The notes under the pieces are model-generated. The model saw only the letters and a list, made by a program, of their open reading frames with translations, did no database searches and was not told the origin of the DNA. Of a stretch of 64,000 nt of DNA, positions 10,869-19,232 are shown one piece after another. Both the position numbers and the translations under genes were made by a program. Source of the stretch: an uncultured Sterolibacterium sp. (GTDB lineage: Bacteria > Pseudomonadota > Gammaproteobacteria > Burkholderiales > Rhodocyclaceae); assembly GCA_964521075.1 (NCBI GenBank), contig CAZFPI010000002.1, positions 4,548 through 68,547 of the forward strand, given 5' to 3'. Numbering within the stretch: position 1 is the stretch's first letter; the number at the start of each line of letters is the position of its first letter.

Positions 10869-11234
10869 TCAACCCATGGACGCCACCTTGGCCAGCAATT
10901 CAGCCGGATTGATGGGTTTGACGAGATAACCTTGCGCCCCCTGGCGCATACCCCAGATCTTGTCGGTTTCCTGATCCTTGCTGGTACACATGATGATGGG
11001 GATATGACGGGTCGCCTCCTCGCGGGAGATGGTGCGCGTCGCCTGGTAGCCATTCATGCCGGGCATGACGACGTCCATCAGGATCAGATCGGGCAATTCC
11101 TGTTTGGCCAGGATGATGGCCTGCTCACCGCTATCAGCGGCCACGACACCGTAGCCATTGCGCGTGAGAAGATCCGTGAGCACCAAACGTTCAGTGGGCG
11201 AATCATCGACCACCATGATTTTCTTGACGGGCAT
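10869..11234 (-). CDS. pilH: PilH, CheY-like single-domain response regulator
   Basis: 121 aa with REC-domain residues (IMVVDDS...LILMDVVMPGMNG...IIMCTSK...YLVKP). Confidence 0.85.
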   Translation of the reverse strand: MPVKKIMVVDDSPTERLVLTDLLTRNGYGVVAADSGEQAIILAKQELPDLILMDVVMPGMNGYQATRTISREEATRHIPIIMCTSKDQETDKIWGMRQGAQGYLVKPINPAELLAKVASMG

Positions 11235-11276
11235 TCTTTCTTCCTTGAATCCTGGCAGATCGGCTGCTGCCTGTAT

Positions 11277-11738
11277 TTACTGCGTACCCGCAGCGTGAGC
11301 ATGGGCGGCGACGGTCTTGAGCAGGCCATCCTTGGTAAAGGGCTTGGTCAGATATTCTTCCGAACCCACCATGCGGCCACGCGCCCGGTCGAACAGGCCA
11401 TCCTTGGAGGAGAGCATGATGACGGGCGTCGCGCTGAACATGGCGTTCTTCTTGATCAGCGAACAGGTCTGATAGCCATCGAGGCGCGGCATCATGATGT
11501 CGCAGAAAACGATATCCGGCTGATGGTCGGCGATCTTGGCCAGCGCATCGAAGCCATCTTCGGCCAGAAGCACCTGGCAACCGGCCTGCGTCAGAAAAAT
11601 CTCGGCACTCTTGCGTATGGTGTTGGAATCGTCGATTACCATCACCTTGATACCCTTGAGATTGGTGGTTCCAGTCTCGCTCACCCGCGCCCCCTCATCC
11701 AGCTGATTATTGCGATCCGTGCATTGTGTTTCGGCCAA
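11277..11738 (-). CDS. pilG: PilG, CheY-like response regulator
   Basis: 153 aa. KVMVIDDSNTIRKSAE...DGFDALAKIADHQPDIVFCDIMMPRLDGYQTCSLIKKN...TPVIMLSSKDGLFD...YLTKPF is very close to P. aeruginosa PilG as I recall it. The track start is a TTG, so the exact start is uncertain. Confidence 0.9.
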   Translation of the reverse strand: MAETQCTDRNNQLDEGARVSETGTTNLKGIKVMVIDDSNTIRKSAEIFLTQAGCQVLLAEDGFDALAKIADHQPDIVFCDIMMPRLDGYQTCSLIKKNAMFSATPVIMLSSKDGLFDRARGRMVGSEEYLTKPFTKDGLLKTVAAHAHAAGTQ

Positions 11739-11802
11739 TTGTTCCGGGCAGTCCCGAAACGCAACCCAATATAGCAGTCTTCAGGATTCTAAGCACAATT
11801 GG

Positions 11803-11843
11803 ATGACAGGATGACATTGTTGAATGACATTACCGGATGACAT
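11803..11843. promoter_or_regulatory. Array of four direct ATGACA(T) repeats upstream of pilG
   Basis: Cores are at 11803, 11811, 11824 and 11837, giving spacings of 8, 13 and 13 bp. On the pilG sense strand they read (A)ATGTCAT(C/T)C. The array lies 65-105 bp upstream of the annotated pilG start. No function has been demonstrated. Confidence 0.3.
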
Positions 11844-11854
11844 TTGAGCAGTAA

Positions 11855-12060
11855 CAGGGCAATCGCATTTGAAATTTTCCCACCCCGTAGGGGCGAATCA
11901 TTATTCACCCCGAAGCCCTTCGCCCCTTTGCGCGATGCTCCGACGTGTGGCTTCATTTTCAACCCTGCCGGGACTCGCCCAACCTCTACGGGTGGCTCCG
12001 CCCTGCGGGCTCCTGCCGGCGGGCGCAATCCATCATCGAAAATCAAATGCGATTGCCCTG
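11855..12060. mobile_element. MITE-like non-autonomous element (206 bp) with terminal inverted repeats and a 10-bp target duplication
   Basis: The left end is CAGGGCAATCGCATTTGAAATTTTC (11855-11879). The right end is GAAAATCAAATGCGATTGCCCTG (12038-12060). This gives an 18-bp perfect TIR. The element is flanked by the direct repeat TGAGCAGTAA at 11845-11854 and 12061-12070. The interior is GC-rich and hairpin-prone, with no credible CDS. Confidence 0.7.
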
Positions 12061-12180
12061 TGAGCAGTAACGCCCCCCCCGGGGAAAGCCCGGCAGACTG
12101 CTAGAATGCCTGCCTTGCAATCTCTTGCCGCACCGAAGATCCGGCCACATCCGGCGTCCGAAGTTTTGCGGCGGAAAACC

Positions 12181-13071
12181 ATGCCTGCGGACACCCCCGA
12201 GAAACGCCTTCCCATCGTCCTGACCTTTGCAGCCTCCGATCCCACGGGTGGCGCAGGAATGCAGGCCGACCTGCTAACGCTGGCCGCACTCGGCTGCCAC
12301 CCCCTCAGCGTCATGACCGCCCTGACGGTTCAGGACACAGCCGGGGTCGATGCTGTCCTCCCGCTGGACGACGAATGGATCATCGACCAGGCGCGAACCC
12401 TGCTCGAAGACATGCCCGTGGCTGCCTTCAAGCTGGGCATGCTGGGCAGCATCGAAAATGTGGCGGCAATTGCCAGCATCGTGGCCGATTATCCGGACAT
12501 CCCCCTGATTTTCGACCCTGTTCTCGCCTCCGGTCGCGGCGATACGCTGGCCGACGAGGACATGATCTCCGCCATGGTTCAGCTTCTCCTCCCGCAAACC
12601 ACCCTCCTGACGCCCAACAGCCTCGAAGCACGCAGGCTGGTACAGGTCATGGCGGAAGACGACGAAGACAAATACGACGAGGAAACAGACCCCCCCTCCC
12701 CCGCCCCCCCTGCGGGGCTTGCCTTCTACGCCCGCCACCTGACCGAAACCGGCTGCGAGAACGTACTCGTGACAGGAACCCACGAAAACACGGACAAGGT
12801 CATCAATACACTTTACGGTCGACAAGGCGTGATCCGCAGCGACCGCTGGGAACGTCTGCCCGGCAGCTACCACGGCTCGGGCTGCACACTGGCATCCGCC
12901 ATCGCGGCCAATCTTGCCCACGGCATGGACATCATCGACGCCGTACAGGCTGGCCAGAAATACACCTGGCACACCCTGGCCGCCGGTTTCCGGCCTGGCA
13001 TGGGGCAATACCTGCCCGACCGCTTTTTCTGGGCACATGGCCACGAGAGTGAAGATGACACCGGAAACTGA
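12181..13071 (+). CDS. thiD: Hydroxymethylpyrimidine/phosphomethylpyrimidine kinase ThiD
   Basis: Internal ATG of ORF 12106..13071. MPADTPEKRLPIVLTFAASDPTGGAGMQADLLTLAALGCHPLSVMTALTVQDT is the canonical ThiD N-terminus. It overlaps thiE by 17 nt. Confidence 0.9.
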   Translation: MPADTPEKRLPIVLTFAASDPTGGAGMQADLLTLAALGCHPLSVMTALTVQDTAGVDAVLPLDDEWIIDQARTLLEDMPVAAFKLGMLGSIENVAAIASIVADYPDIPLIFDPVLASGRGDTLADEDMISAMVQLLLPQTTLLTPNSLEARRLVQVMAEDDEDKYDEETDPPSPAPPAGLAFYARHLTETGCENVLVTGTHENTDKVINTLYGRQGVIRSDRWERLPGSYHGSGCTLASAIAANLAHGMDIIDAVQAGQKYTWHTLAAGFRPGMGQYLPDRFFWAHGHESEDDTGN

Positions 13072-13720
13072 GCCCGCCCCCCCGCTGCGCGGGCTCTACG
13101 CCATCACCCCTGAAGACACGATCCTGCCGCGCCTGTCCGCCCGGGTCGAAGCCGCCTTGCAAGGCGGCGTCCGCTGGGTGCAATACCGCAACAAAAATGC
13201 CCCGCCCCCCCTGCGCCGCGCGCAGGCCGCCGAAATGATGCGGCTATGCCACGCCCATGACGCGCGGCTCATCATCAATGACGACCTGCCGCTGGCTCTC
13301 GAAATCTGCGCCGACGGCGTTCACCTTGGCCGGGACGACCACGATGGCGAAAACGACCTTCTGGCCGCCCGGGCCGCCCTGGGGCCGGGAAAAATACTTG
13401 GCGTCTCCTGCTACGCCGATCTCGCCCGCGCCGAAACCGCCGCGCGTGCCGGAGCCAGCTACCTGGCCTTTGGCAGCCTCTACCCGTCCAGAACCAAGCC
13501 AGGAGCACCCGCAGCACCGCTCACCCTGCTGGGCGAAGCCCGGCAATTCGGCCTGCCCATCGCCGCCATTGGCGGCATCACCCTGGACAATGCCGCGCAA
13601 ACCCTCGCCGCCGGGGCCGACCTCCTCGCCGTCATCAGCGACATCTTCGATGCGGATGACGTGACCAGCCGCGCCCGCGCCTACACCCGACTTTTTGCCT
13701 CCCTGCCGAGAACATCATGA
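13055..13720 (+). CDS. thiE: Thiamine-phosphate synthase ThiE
   Basis: Internal ATG of ORF 12914..13720. Sequence includes [11 protein letters not shown]...VQYRNK...LIINDD...DGVHLGRDD...AIGGIT. ATGA overlap with hemL. Confidence 0.9.
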   Translation: MTPETEPAPPLRGLYAITPEDTILPRLSARVEAALQGGVRWVQYRNKNAPPPLRRAQAAEMMRLCHAHDARLIINDDLPLALEICADGVHLGRDDHDGENDLLAARAALGPGKILGVSCYADLARAETAARAGASYLAFGSLYPSRTKPGAPAAPLTLLGEARQFGLPIAAIGGITLDNAAQTLAAGADLLAVISDIFDADDVTSRARAYTRLFASLPRTS

Positions 13721-14994
13721 CCCGCAACGACACCCTGTTCGACCATGCCCAGAAAACCATTCCCGGCGGCGTCAATTCGCCGGTCCGCGCCTTCCGCTCT
13801 GTCGGCGGCACACCGCGCTTCATCAGCAGCGGTGCCGGGGCTCGCGTCCGGGATGTCGATGGCCACGAATATCTGGATTACGTCGGCTCCTGGGGCCCGC
13901 TGATCGTCGGCCACGCCCATCCCGATGTCATTCGCGCCGTGCAGGCAGCGGCGGCCAAGGGCCTCTCCTTTGGCGCACCGACGGCAGGTGAAGTCGAACT
14001 GGCCGAAGAACTCATCCGGCTCGTCCCCAGCCTCGACATGGTTCGCCTCGTCTCCTCCGGAACGGAAGCCACCATGAGTGCCATCCGCCTGGCCCGTGGC
14101 TACACCGGCCGCGATGCCATCATCAAGTTCGAAGGCTGCTACCACGGCCATTCCGACAGTCTCCTCGTCAAAGCCGGCAGCGGCATGCTCACCTTCGGCA
14201 ACCCCTCCTCCAGCGGCGTACCGGCCGATCTCGCCCACCACACACTGGTGCTCGACTACAACGACCCGCAACAACTCGCCGACGCCTTTGCCCGACATGG
14301 CGACAAAATAGCCTGCATCATCGTCGAACCCGTCGCCGGCAACATGAACCTCATACGACCGACCCCGGATTTTCTCAAAGCCCTGCGCGAGCTTTGCACC
14401 CGGCATGGCGCGCTCCTTGTTTTCGACGAAGTCATGACCGGATTCCGCGTCGCCCCGGGCAGCGCGCAAGGCCTGTTCGGCATCACGCCGGACATCTCCA
14501 CCTTCGGCAAGGTCATCGGTGGCGGCATGCCGCTGGGTGCTTTTGGTGGCCGACGCGACATCATGGAAAAAATCGCCCCGCTCGGGCCCGTCTATCAAGC
14601 CGGAACCCTCTCGGGCAACCCCCTGTCCGTCGCTGCGGGCCTGGCCACACTGAAGCTGATTCAAGCCCCGGGCTTCTACGAAAGCCTCACCGAAAAGACA
14701 AAACGCCTGTGCGATGGCCTGACCGCCGCCGCGAAAGCCCATGGCATCGCCTTTTCGGCCCAATCTGTCGGCGGCATGTTCGGCCTCTATTTCAGCGCGG
14801 CCTGCCCCGGCAACTACGCCGAAGTCATGCGCTGCGACAAAGACGCCTTCAACCGCTTTTTCCACGCCATGCTGGATGCGGGCCACTATCTCGCTCCTTC
14901 GGCCTTTGAAGCTGGCTTCGTCTCGGCCGCCCATACGGATGCCGACATCGACAGCACCATTGCTGCGGCAAAAGAAATCTTCGCCCGGACTTGA
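13717..14994 (+). CDS. hemL: Glutamate-1-semialdehyde 2,1-aminomutase
   Basis: 425 aa. Sequence includes [17 protein letters not shown]...[16 protein letters not shown]...[10 protein letters not shown]...[17 protein letters not shown]. Confidence 0.95.
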   Translation: MTRNDTLFDHAQKTIPGGVNSPVRAFRSVGGTPRFISSGAGARVRDVDGHEYLDYVGSWGPLIVGHAHPDVIRAVQAAAAKGLSFGAPTAGEVELAEELIRLVPSLDMVRLVSSGTEATMSAIRLARGYTGRDAIIKFEGCYHGHSDSLLVKAGSGMLTFGNPSSSGVPADLAHHTLVLDYNDPQQLADAFARHGDKIACIIVEPVAGNMNLIRPTPDFLKALRELCTRHGALLVFDEVMTGFRVAPGSAQGLFGITPDISTFGKVIGGGMPLGAFGGRRDIMEKIAPLGPVYQAGTLSGNPLSVAAGLATLKLIQAPGFYESLTEKTKRLCDGLTAAAKAHGIAFSAQSVGGMFGLYFSAACPGNYAEVMRCDKDAFNRFFHAMLDAGHYLAPSAFEAGFVSAAHTDADIDSTIAAAKEIFART

Positions 14995-15305
14995 AAACCC
15001 TCCTGCTGCACCGCGACGCGCCTCCCAAGCCCCCCCGGGGCGCGGCCTGCAACGGCTGCGGCGTCTGCTGCGCGGCGCGCCCCTGCCCGGTCAGCCTGCT
15101 CCTTTTCCGGCAAGACAAAAAAGGCGCACCCTGTGCCGCCTTGCAATGGCAAACGGACAAAATGCGTTATGTCTGCGGCCTGCTCACCGAGCCTTGCAGC
15201 CTTCTCCCCTGGCTGCCTGCCTGTCTGGGCCACCCGGCTGCGGCCTGCTTCCGCCGGAGCATCGCCGCAGACACAGGCTGCGATTGCGACATCGAACTGG
15301 CGTAA
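14991..15305 (+). CDS. YkgJ-like Cys-rich protein (CxxCxxCC putative Zn/Fe-chelating domain)
   Basis: 104 aa with CNGCGVCC plus further Cys residues. It has a TTG start overlapping the hemL stop (TTGA). Coding status is moderately supported. Confidence 0.55.
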   Translation: MKTLLLHRDAPPKPPRGAACNGCGVCCAARPCPVSLLLFRQDKKGAPCAALQWQTDKMRYVCGLLTEPCSLLPWLPACLGHPAAACFRRSIAADTGCDCDIELA

Positions 15306-15391
15306 GCCCAAACCACCCGGCCCTATAACATGCACGAATAATGCGGTTTATGTGCCATAATTCCGCCTTTCCAACCCACCAAGGATCCATC

Positions 15392-15643
15392 ATGGCCTGC
15401 AATCACACCGACCCTTCCGCCATCTACCCCTTTGACGCGCGCGGTATTGCCAAGCGTTTCCGCCACGCCGCCATCTTCGGCGCGCTCGATGCCCTGATGC
15501 CTGGCGAAACCATGCGTTTTTGCAACGACCACGACCCCATCCCCCTGCTCAACCAGCTCAACCAGCGTTACGGCGCACAGGTCGAAATCCTCTATCAGCA
15601 GCGCGTTCCCGGCGAAATCGTCATCGACTTCGTCAAGAAGTAA
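15392..15643 (+). CDS. DUF2249 domain protein
   Basis: 83 aa from the internal ATG, preceded by AAGGA. FRHAAIFGALDALMPGETMRFCNDHDPIPLLNQL...EIVIDFVKK matches my memory of the DUF2249 family. Confidence 0.7.
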   Translation: MACNHTDPSAIYPFDARGIAKRFRHAAIFGALDALMPGETMRFCNDHDPIPLLNQLNQRYGAQVEILYQQRVPGEIVIDFVKK

Positions 15644-15667
15644 GCCCCGCCCGCAAGAATCCCGCTC

Positions 15668-16855
15668 ATGTCCCTCCTGCCGCTGCTCGCCATCAACGCG
15701 CTGTTCATGATGGCAGCAGCGGGAGGGCTGGCACTCACCACCGATGTGCCGCCCCAAGCCCTGGCCCACCTGGCACTCGCGCTGGGTGCCCTGCCGCTGA
15801 TCCTCGCGGCCATGGCCTATTTCGTGCCGGTTCTCACCCGCAGTAACGCCACGCTACCCCGCAGCCTGAGTCTGGCTCCCCTCACAGCCTGGCTGGGAGC
15901 CGCCGCCCTGATTGCCGGTTTCACGGGGGCCATGCCCTACATCGCGGCCAGCCATCTCGCCTTCCTTCTGGCCTCCGCCGCCACCCTTGCCCTGCTCCTC
16001 TGGGCCTTTGGCCGCCGACGGCGCACCGTGGGGCGAGCACACCCCGGGCTAAACTGGTATCTCGCCGCCCTGGCCTGTTTCACCCTCGCCCTGCTGGCTG
16101 TCCCCCTGATGTCCCTGTGGCCATCGCAACACCCCGCCCTGCGGCTTTTCCATCTTCATCTAAACCTCCTGGGCTTTGTTGGCCTGACGGCCATCGGCAC
16201 ACTACAAGTCCTGCTGCCGACCACACTCAGCCAGCCCGACCCCCGGGCCGCGCAACGCCTGACACAGGATCTGAAATACGCCATCGCCGGAGTGCTCCTG
16301 CTATCTGCCGCAGCGGCCTGGCTCCCCCCGCTCAGTCTCGCAGGCCTCATTCTTTACCTGATCGCGCCACTGCGAATGCTGTGGCACTGGCACGAGGATT
16401 ACCGTCAGCGGCTCACCGGAGAAAACCGTGCGAACTGCATACACGGGGCAGCCATCTCCCTGATTCTGGCCGGCACAGGGCTCATCGGTCTGCTGCTCCT
16501 CGGCCTGTCGCACAGCGGAACGATGCTGGCCGGGCTGAACGGTCGCGCCAGCATCGCTGCTTTCGTTCTCGCCTTTTTGCTGCCACTGGTCAGCGGTGCG
16601 GCCACGCAGCTGCTGCCCGTCTGGCTGCGTCCCGGCCCGCAGGGCGAGTGGCACAAGCGGATGCGCGCCAGCCTCGGTCGACAAGCCGGGCTGCGCGCCG
16701 GATTGATGGTGACAGGTGGCTGGGCTCTCGCGTTTGGCTCCCTGGCTGGCGCATGGCTTGGCGCGGCAGGCATGGCGATATTGATCGTCACCTTCCTGCG
16801 CGGCCTGTGCTTCACACGCCCCTGGCCTCGCCAGGGCAAGCTCAATTCACCGTGA
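15668..16855 (+). CDS. Polytopic inner-membrane protein, NnrS-like (tentative)
   Basis: 395 aa with about 10-12 hydrophobic helices. It has His-containing helices (LFHLHLNLLGFVGLTAIGTLQ). It is adjacent to DUF2249, a common NnrS neighbour. The family call is tentative. Confidence 0.5.
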   Translation: MSLLPLLAINALFMMAAAGGLALTTDVPPQALAHLALALGALPLILAAMAYFVPVLTRSNATLPRSLSLAPLTAWLGAAALIAGFTGAMPYIAASHLAFLLASAATLALLLWAFGRRRRTVGRAHPGLNWYLAALACFTLALLAVPLMSLWPSQHPALRLFHLHLNLLGFVGLTAIGTLQVLLPTTLSQPDPRAAQRLTQDLKYAIAGVLLLSAAAAWLPPLSLAGLILYLIAPLRMLWHWHEDYRQRLTGENRANCIHGAAISLILAGTGLIGLLLLGLSHSGTMLAGLNGRASIAAFVLAFLLPLVSGAATQLLPVWLRPGPQGEWHKRMRASLGRQAGLRAGLMVTGGWALAFGSLAGAWLGAAGMAILIVTFLRGLCFTRPWPRQGKLNSP

Positions 16856-19013
16856 CATTGACCGACGCCTGCCCCCCCAGCGGGGTCTTGGTCAGGATCT
16901 CCACAGGGCCGGACGGATAACTTCCCGTGCCCGTGCAGTTGGTTCCGCCATCCACCGTCATCGTCACCCAGCTTCCCCCCGCATGCGTCGTATCACCCAC
17001 CGGTGAACCCGAGCCTATCGCCACCGTTGCAGCCGACGGCGTGGAAGCCGGTTCAGTGAAAGTCACGGTATTCGTGCCGATACTCACCTGCGTTCCCGAA
17101 GGCATCGGGTTATTGTTGCGGTCCATCAGCCAGAAGCCGAATGTCCGCGTGCAGGCACTACTCATGGCAAAACTGGTCTGGGACAATTTCGGATAAGAAT
17201 CTGACAGCACGATAACCCGGCTGCGCCGTACATAGGCCTTGCCCCAGGCCCCGCCACAGGTATTTTCCCGGCTCAGTGCGTTGGCGTAATTCGCAGGCAG
17301 GGCCGCCGTGCCGCCATTGACGTTACGGGTCAAACAGGCCACCGGCGAAGAAACGGGCGCAAAGCTCAGATACTGTTCGCGCAAATCGGGCTGAACCGGA
17401 CTCGAATCCCACTTTCCATTCTCGTTGGCATCTACAAAAGGATCGCCCAAGTCATAGAAAGTCTCACCGGCGTCGAATACATTATTGCCATTGGCATCCA
17501 GAAAACTCATCTCGCCCACGGCATAGGCCAGAACCGTGACGCGACCGTTCTGAACGAACAGAGGATTCCCGCTGCTGTCTGTGATCGCCGCCCCACTGGA
17601 ATCCACGGCGGCCACAGCACCCTGTGATTGCGCGCTGGTGAGCTCACCTTGCGGCCGATACTGGGCACTGCGGAAAGAAACCGAACAGCGTCCCGAAGAA
17701 AGAGTGCACGAAGGACTGATCTGCCCACCTTCTGCAATGAAATTGATCGCCGTACCATCCGGGGCTGGATTGCCCATCCGGTCCGAAGCGGTCACCGTCA
17801 ATGCCGTGCTCACGCCATCGTACAACCAGCCCTCGATATTGCCGGTTTCGAGGGCGAGTGAAAAGCCGTTTTGAGCCGGCAAGCCCGTTGAAACCGACAA
17901 CTGGCTGGACTGACTGACGATCCCCGTCGTGCCGCCCAGGCTCGCCCGAACCGAAACCGGGGTCGGAATCGTTCCTGCACTGACCGTGGTCAACACCTCG
18001 CCCAGCGCATCGCTCGTCGCCGTACTGGGGAAAAGCGTGGCCCCGCCCGTCCCATTTGAAGGCAGCAGGCTGAAATCGACGGACACGCCCTGACGCCCAT
18101 TGCCATTCGTGTCAATCACACGGAACTTGACCGTCGCCGTCTGGGGCAGAAGAGAACCAGCACCCTGAATACCAATCAGCGTTGGGGCAACGGAAACGAA
18201 TTGCAGATTATTGGCGGCCGGCAAGGTGACCGCCAGCGTCCCGCTGGATGAAGCCCCGCTGGCTGTTGCCGTCACGACATCCGTCCCGGATGCACAATTC
18301 TGGTCCCGGTAGGTCGTGGTCGCCACGCCATTCAGCACATTCACCGGAGAGTCGATTGTCGCCTTGCCGGAAGAGATGCAAGGAGAGGAAAAGCTGACGG
18401 AAACCTGCGGCCCTGCGGGTGCACCCTCAAGCTGCACCGGCACGCTGACCACCGTTGTCCCATAAGATGAAATCGAGGCCTGCCCGAAACTCAGCGTGCC
18501 CAACGTCACCCTTGAGGTATTGACATCCACCGCCACGGGCAAACTGGCATGGCTTTGTGTGCTGATCGTACCATCTGCCGCCTTGCTGCTGATCTGGACC
18601 GTTGCCGTGATCGCTGTAGAACCCAGTGAGTCCGAGCCGACCGCATCCACCTGGATCGAAGCCACCCCCGTGCTATCCGTGGCGACTTGAGCCGAAGCCG
18701 GGCTGAATCTTACAAAAGCGTCTTTTGCCACAAAGCTGACGAGCGTGTTTGCCAGCGGTGCTCCCCGCCCATCCTTGACCGTCGCCACCGCGTAAATAGG
18801 GGTTCCCGAATTGACCTTGCTGATCGCATTCGAACCACTTGCAGGCAATGCCGCGACCAAAACCAGCTGCACCGTTGGCGTCCCGGCCTGGCCCGTCCCG
18901 GAACCGGAAGAACCGGCTGTCTCCCCCGCGCCCCCCCCCAGACAAGCCGTCAACATCATGGCCAGCATCGCCATCCACATCCAATTCGCCACCTTCCGCC
19001 ATTGCATCATCAT
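16842..19013 (-). CDS. Large lipoprotein with repeated bacterial Ig-like (Big_1/invasin-type) modules
   Basis: 723 aa with a signal peptide and lipobox (MLAMMLTAC). It has at least 4 Ig-like repeats (e.g. ATVKDGRGAPLANTLVSFVA...STGVASIQV...TATVQ; KFRVIDTNGNGRQGVSVDFSL). The Thr/Ser/Gly/Val-rich composition suggests an extracellular protein. Confidence 0.7.
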   Translation of the reverse strand: MMMQWRKVANWMWMAMLAMMLTACLGGGAGETAGSSGSGTGQAGTPTVQLVLVAALPASGSNAISKVNSGTPIYAVATVKDGRGAPLANTLVSFVAKDAFVRFSPASAQVATDSTGVASIQVDAVGSDSLGSTAITATVQISSKAADGTISTQSHASLPVAVDVNTSRVTLGTLSFGQASISSYGTTVVSVPVQLEGAPAGPQVSVSFSSPCISSGKATIDSPVNVLNGVATTTYRDQNCASGTDVVTATASGASSSGTLAVTLPAANNLQFVSVAPTLIGIQGAGSLLPQTATVKFRVIDTNGNGRQGVSVDFSLLPSNGTGGATLFPSTATSDALGEVLTTVSAGTIPTPVSVRASLGGTTGIVSQSSQLSVSTGLPAQNGFSLALETGNIEGWLYDGVSTALTVTASDRMGNPAPDGTAINFIAEGGQISPSCTLSSGRCSVSFRSAQYRPQGELTSAQSQGAVAAVDSSGAAITDSSGNPLFVQNGRVTVLAYAVGEMSFLDANGNNVFDAGETFYDLGDPFVDANENGKWDSSPVQPDLREQYLSFAPVSSPVACLTRNVNGGTAALPANYANALSRENTCGGAWGKAYVRRSRVIVLSDSYPKLSQTSFAMSSACTRTFGFWLMDRNNNPMPSGTQVSIGTNTVTFTEPASTPSAATVAIGSGSPVGDTTHAGGSWVTMTVDGGTNCTGTGSYPSGPVEILTKTPLGGQASVNVTVN

Positions 19014-19232
19014 CCACTCCAGAGAAGTACATTTGGGGATTATGGAGCCGGAATGAACGTCTGTAGATAAAAAATCGAGGGGATTTCACCCTCTTGTCCT
19101 GACAGCCAGATTCAGAATTCGGGCTTCAATTCAAGGCATAATTCGCAAAATCATGACGAATGTCACACCCGGCCCTTTCCTCTCCTGCCCCACCCTTGCT
19201 TCCAGACAGACTTTCCTGACAGAGGCCCCTTG

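Noticed and set aside
11789-12104. 85-aa and 86-aa ORFs inside the pilG-thiD intergenic region
   Set aside because: They lie within the MITE-like element (TIRs plus target duplication). They have no SD sequence, are low-complexity, and overlap each other on opposite strands.
12061-12180. Possible TPP (THI-box) riboswitch upstream of thiD
   Set aside because: I could not find the conserved CTGAGA / ACCTGATC...TAATGCC...GGGA core elements in either flank of the MITE. Treated as not supported. A covariance-model scan (Rfam RF00059) would settle it.
13681-14934. 417-aa minus-strand ORF antisense to hemL
   Set aside because: Shadow ORF. hemL on the plus strand has unmistakable family motifs.
15310-15391. 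NsrR/NnrR-type operator upstream of the DUF2249 gene (ACATGCAC...GTTTATGT)
   Set aside because: Only about 5 of 8 positions are symmetric, and the match to the motifs I remember is poor. This is too weak to call by eye.
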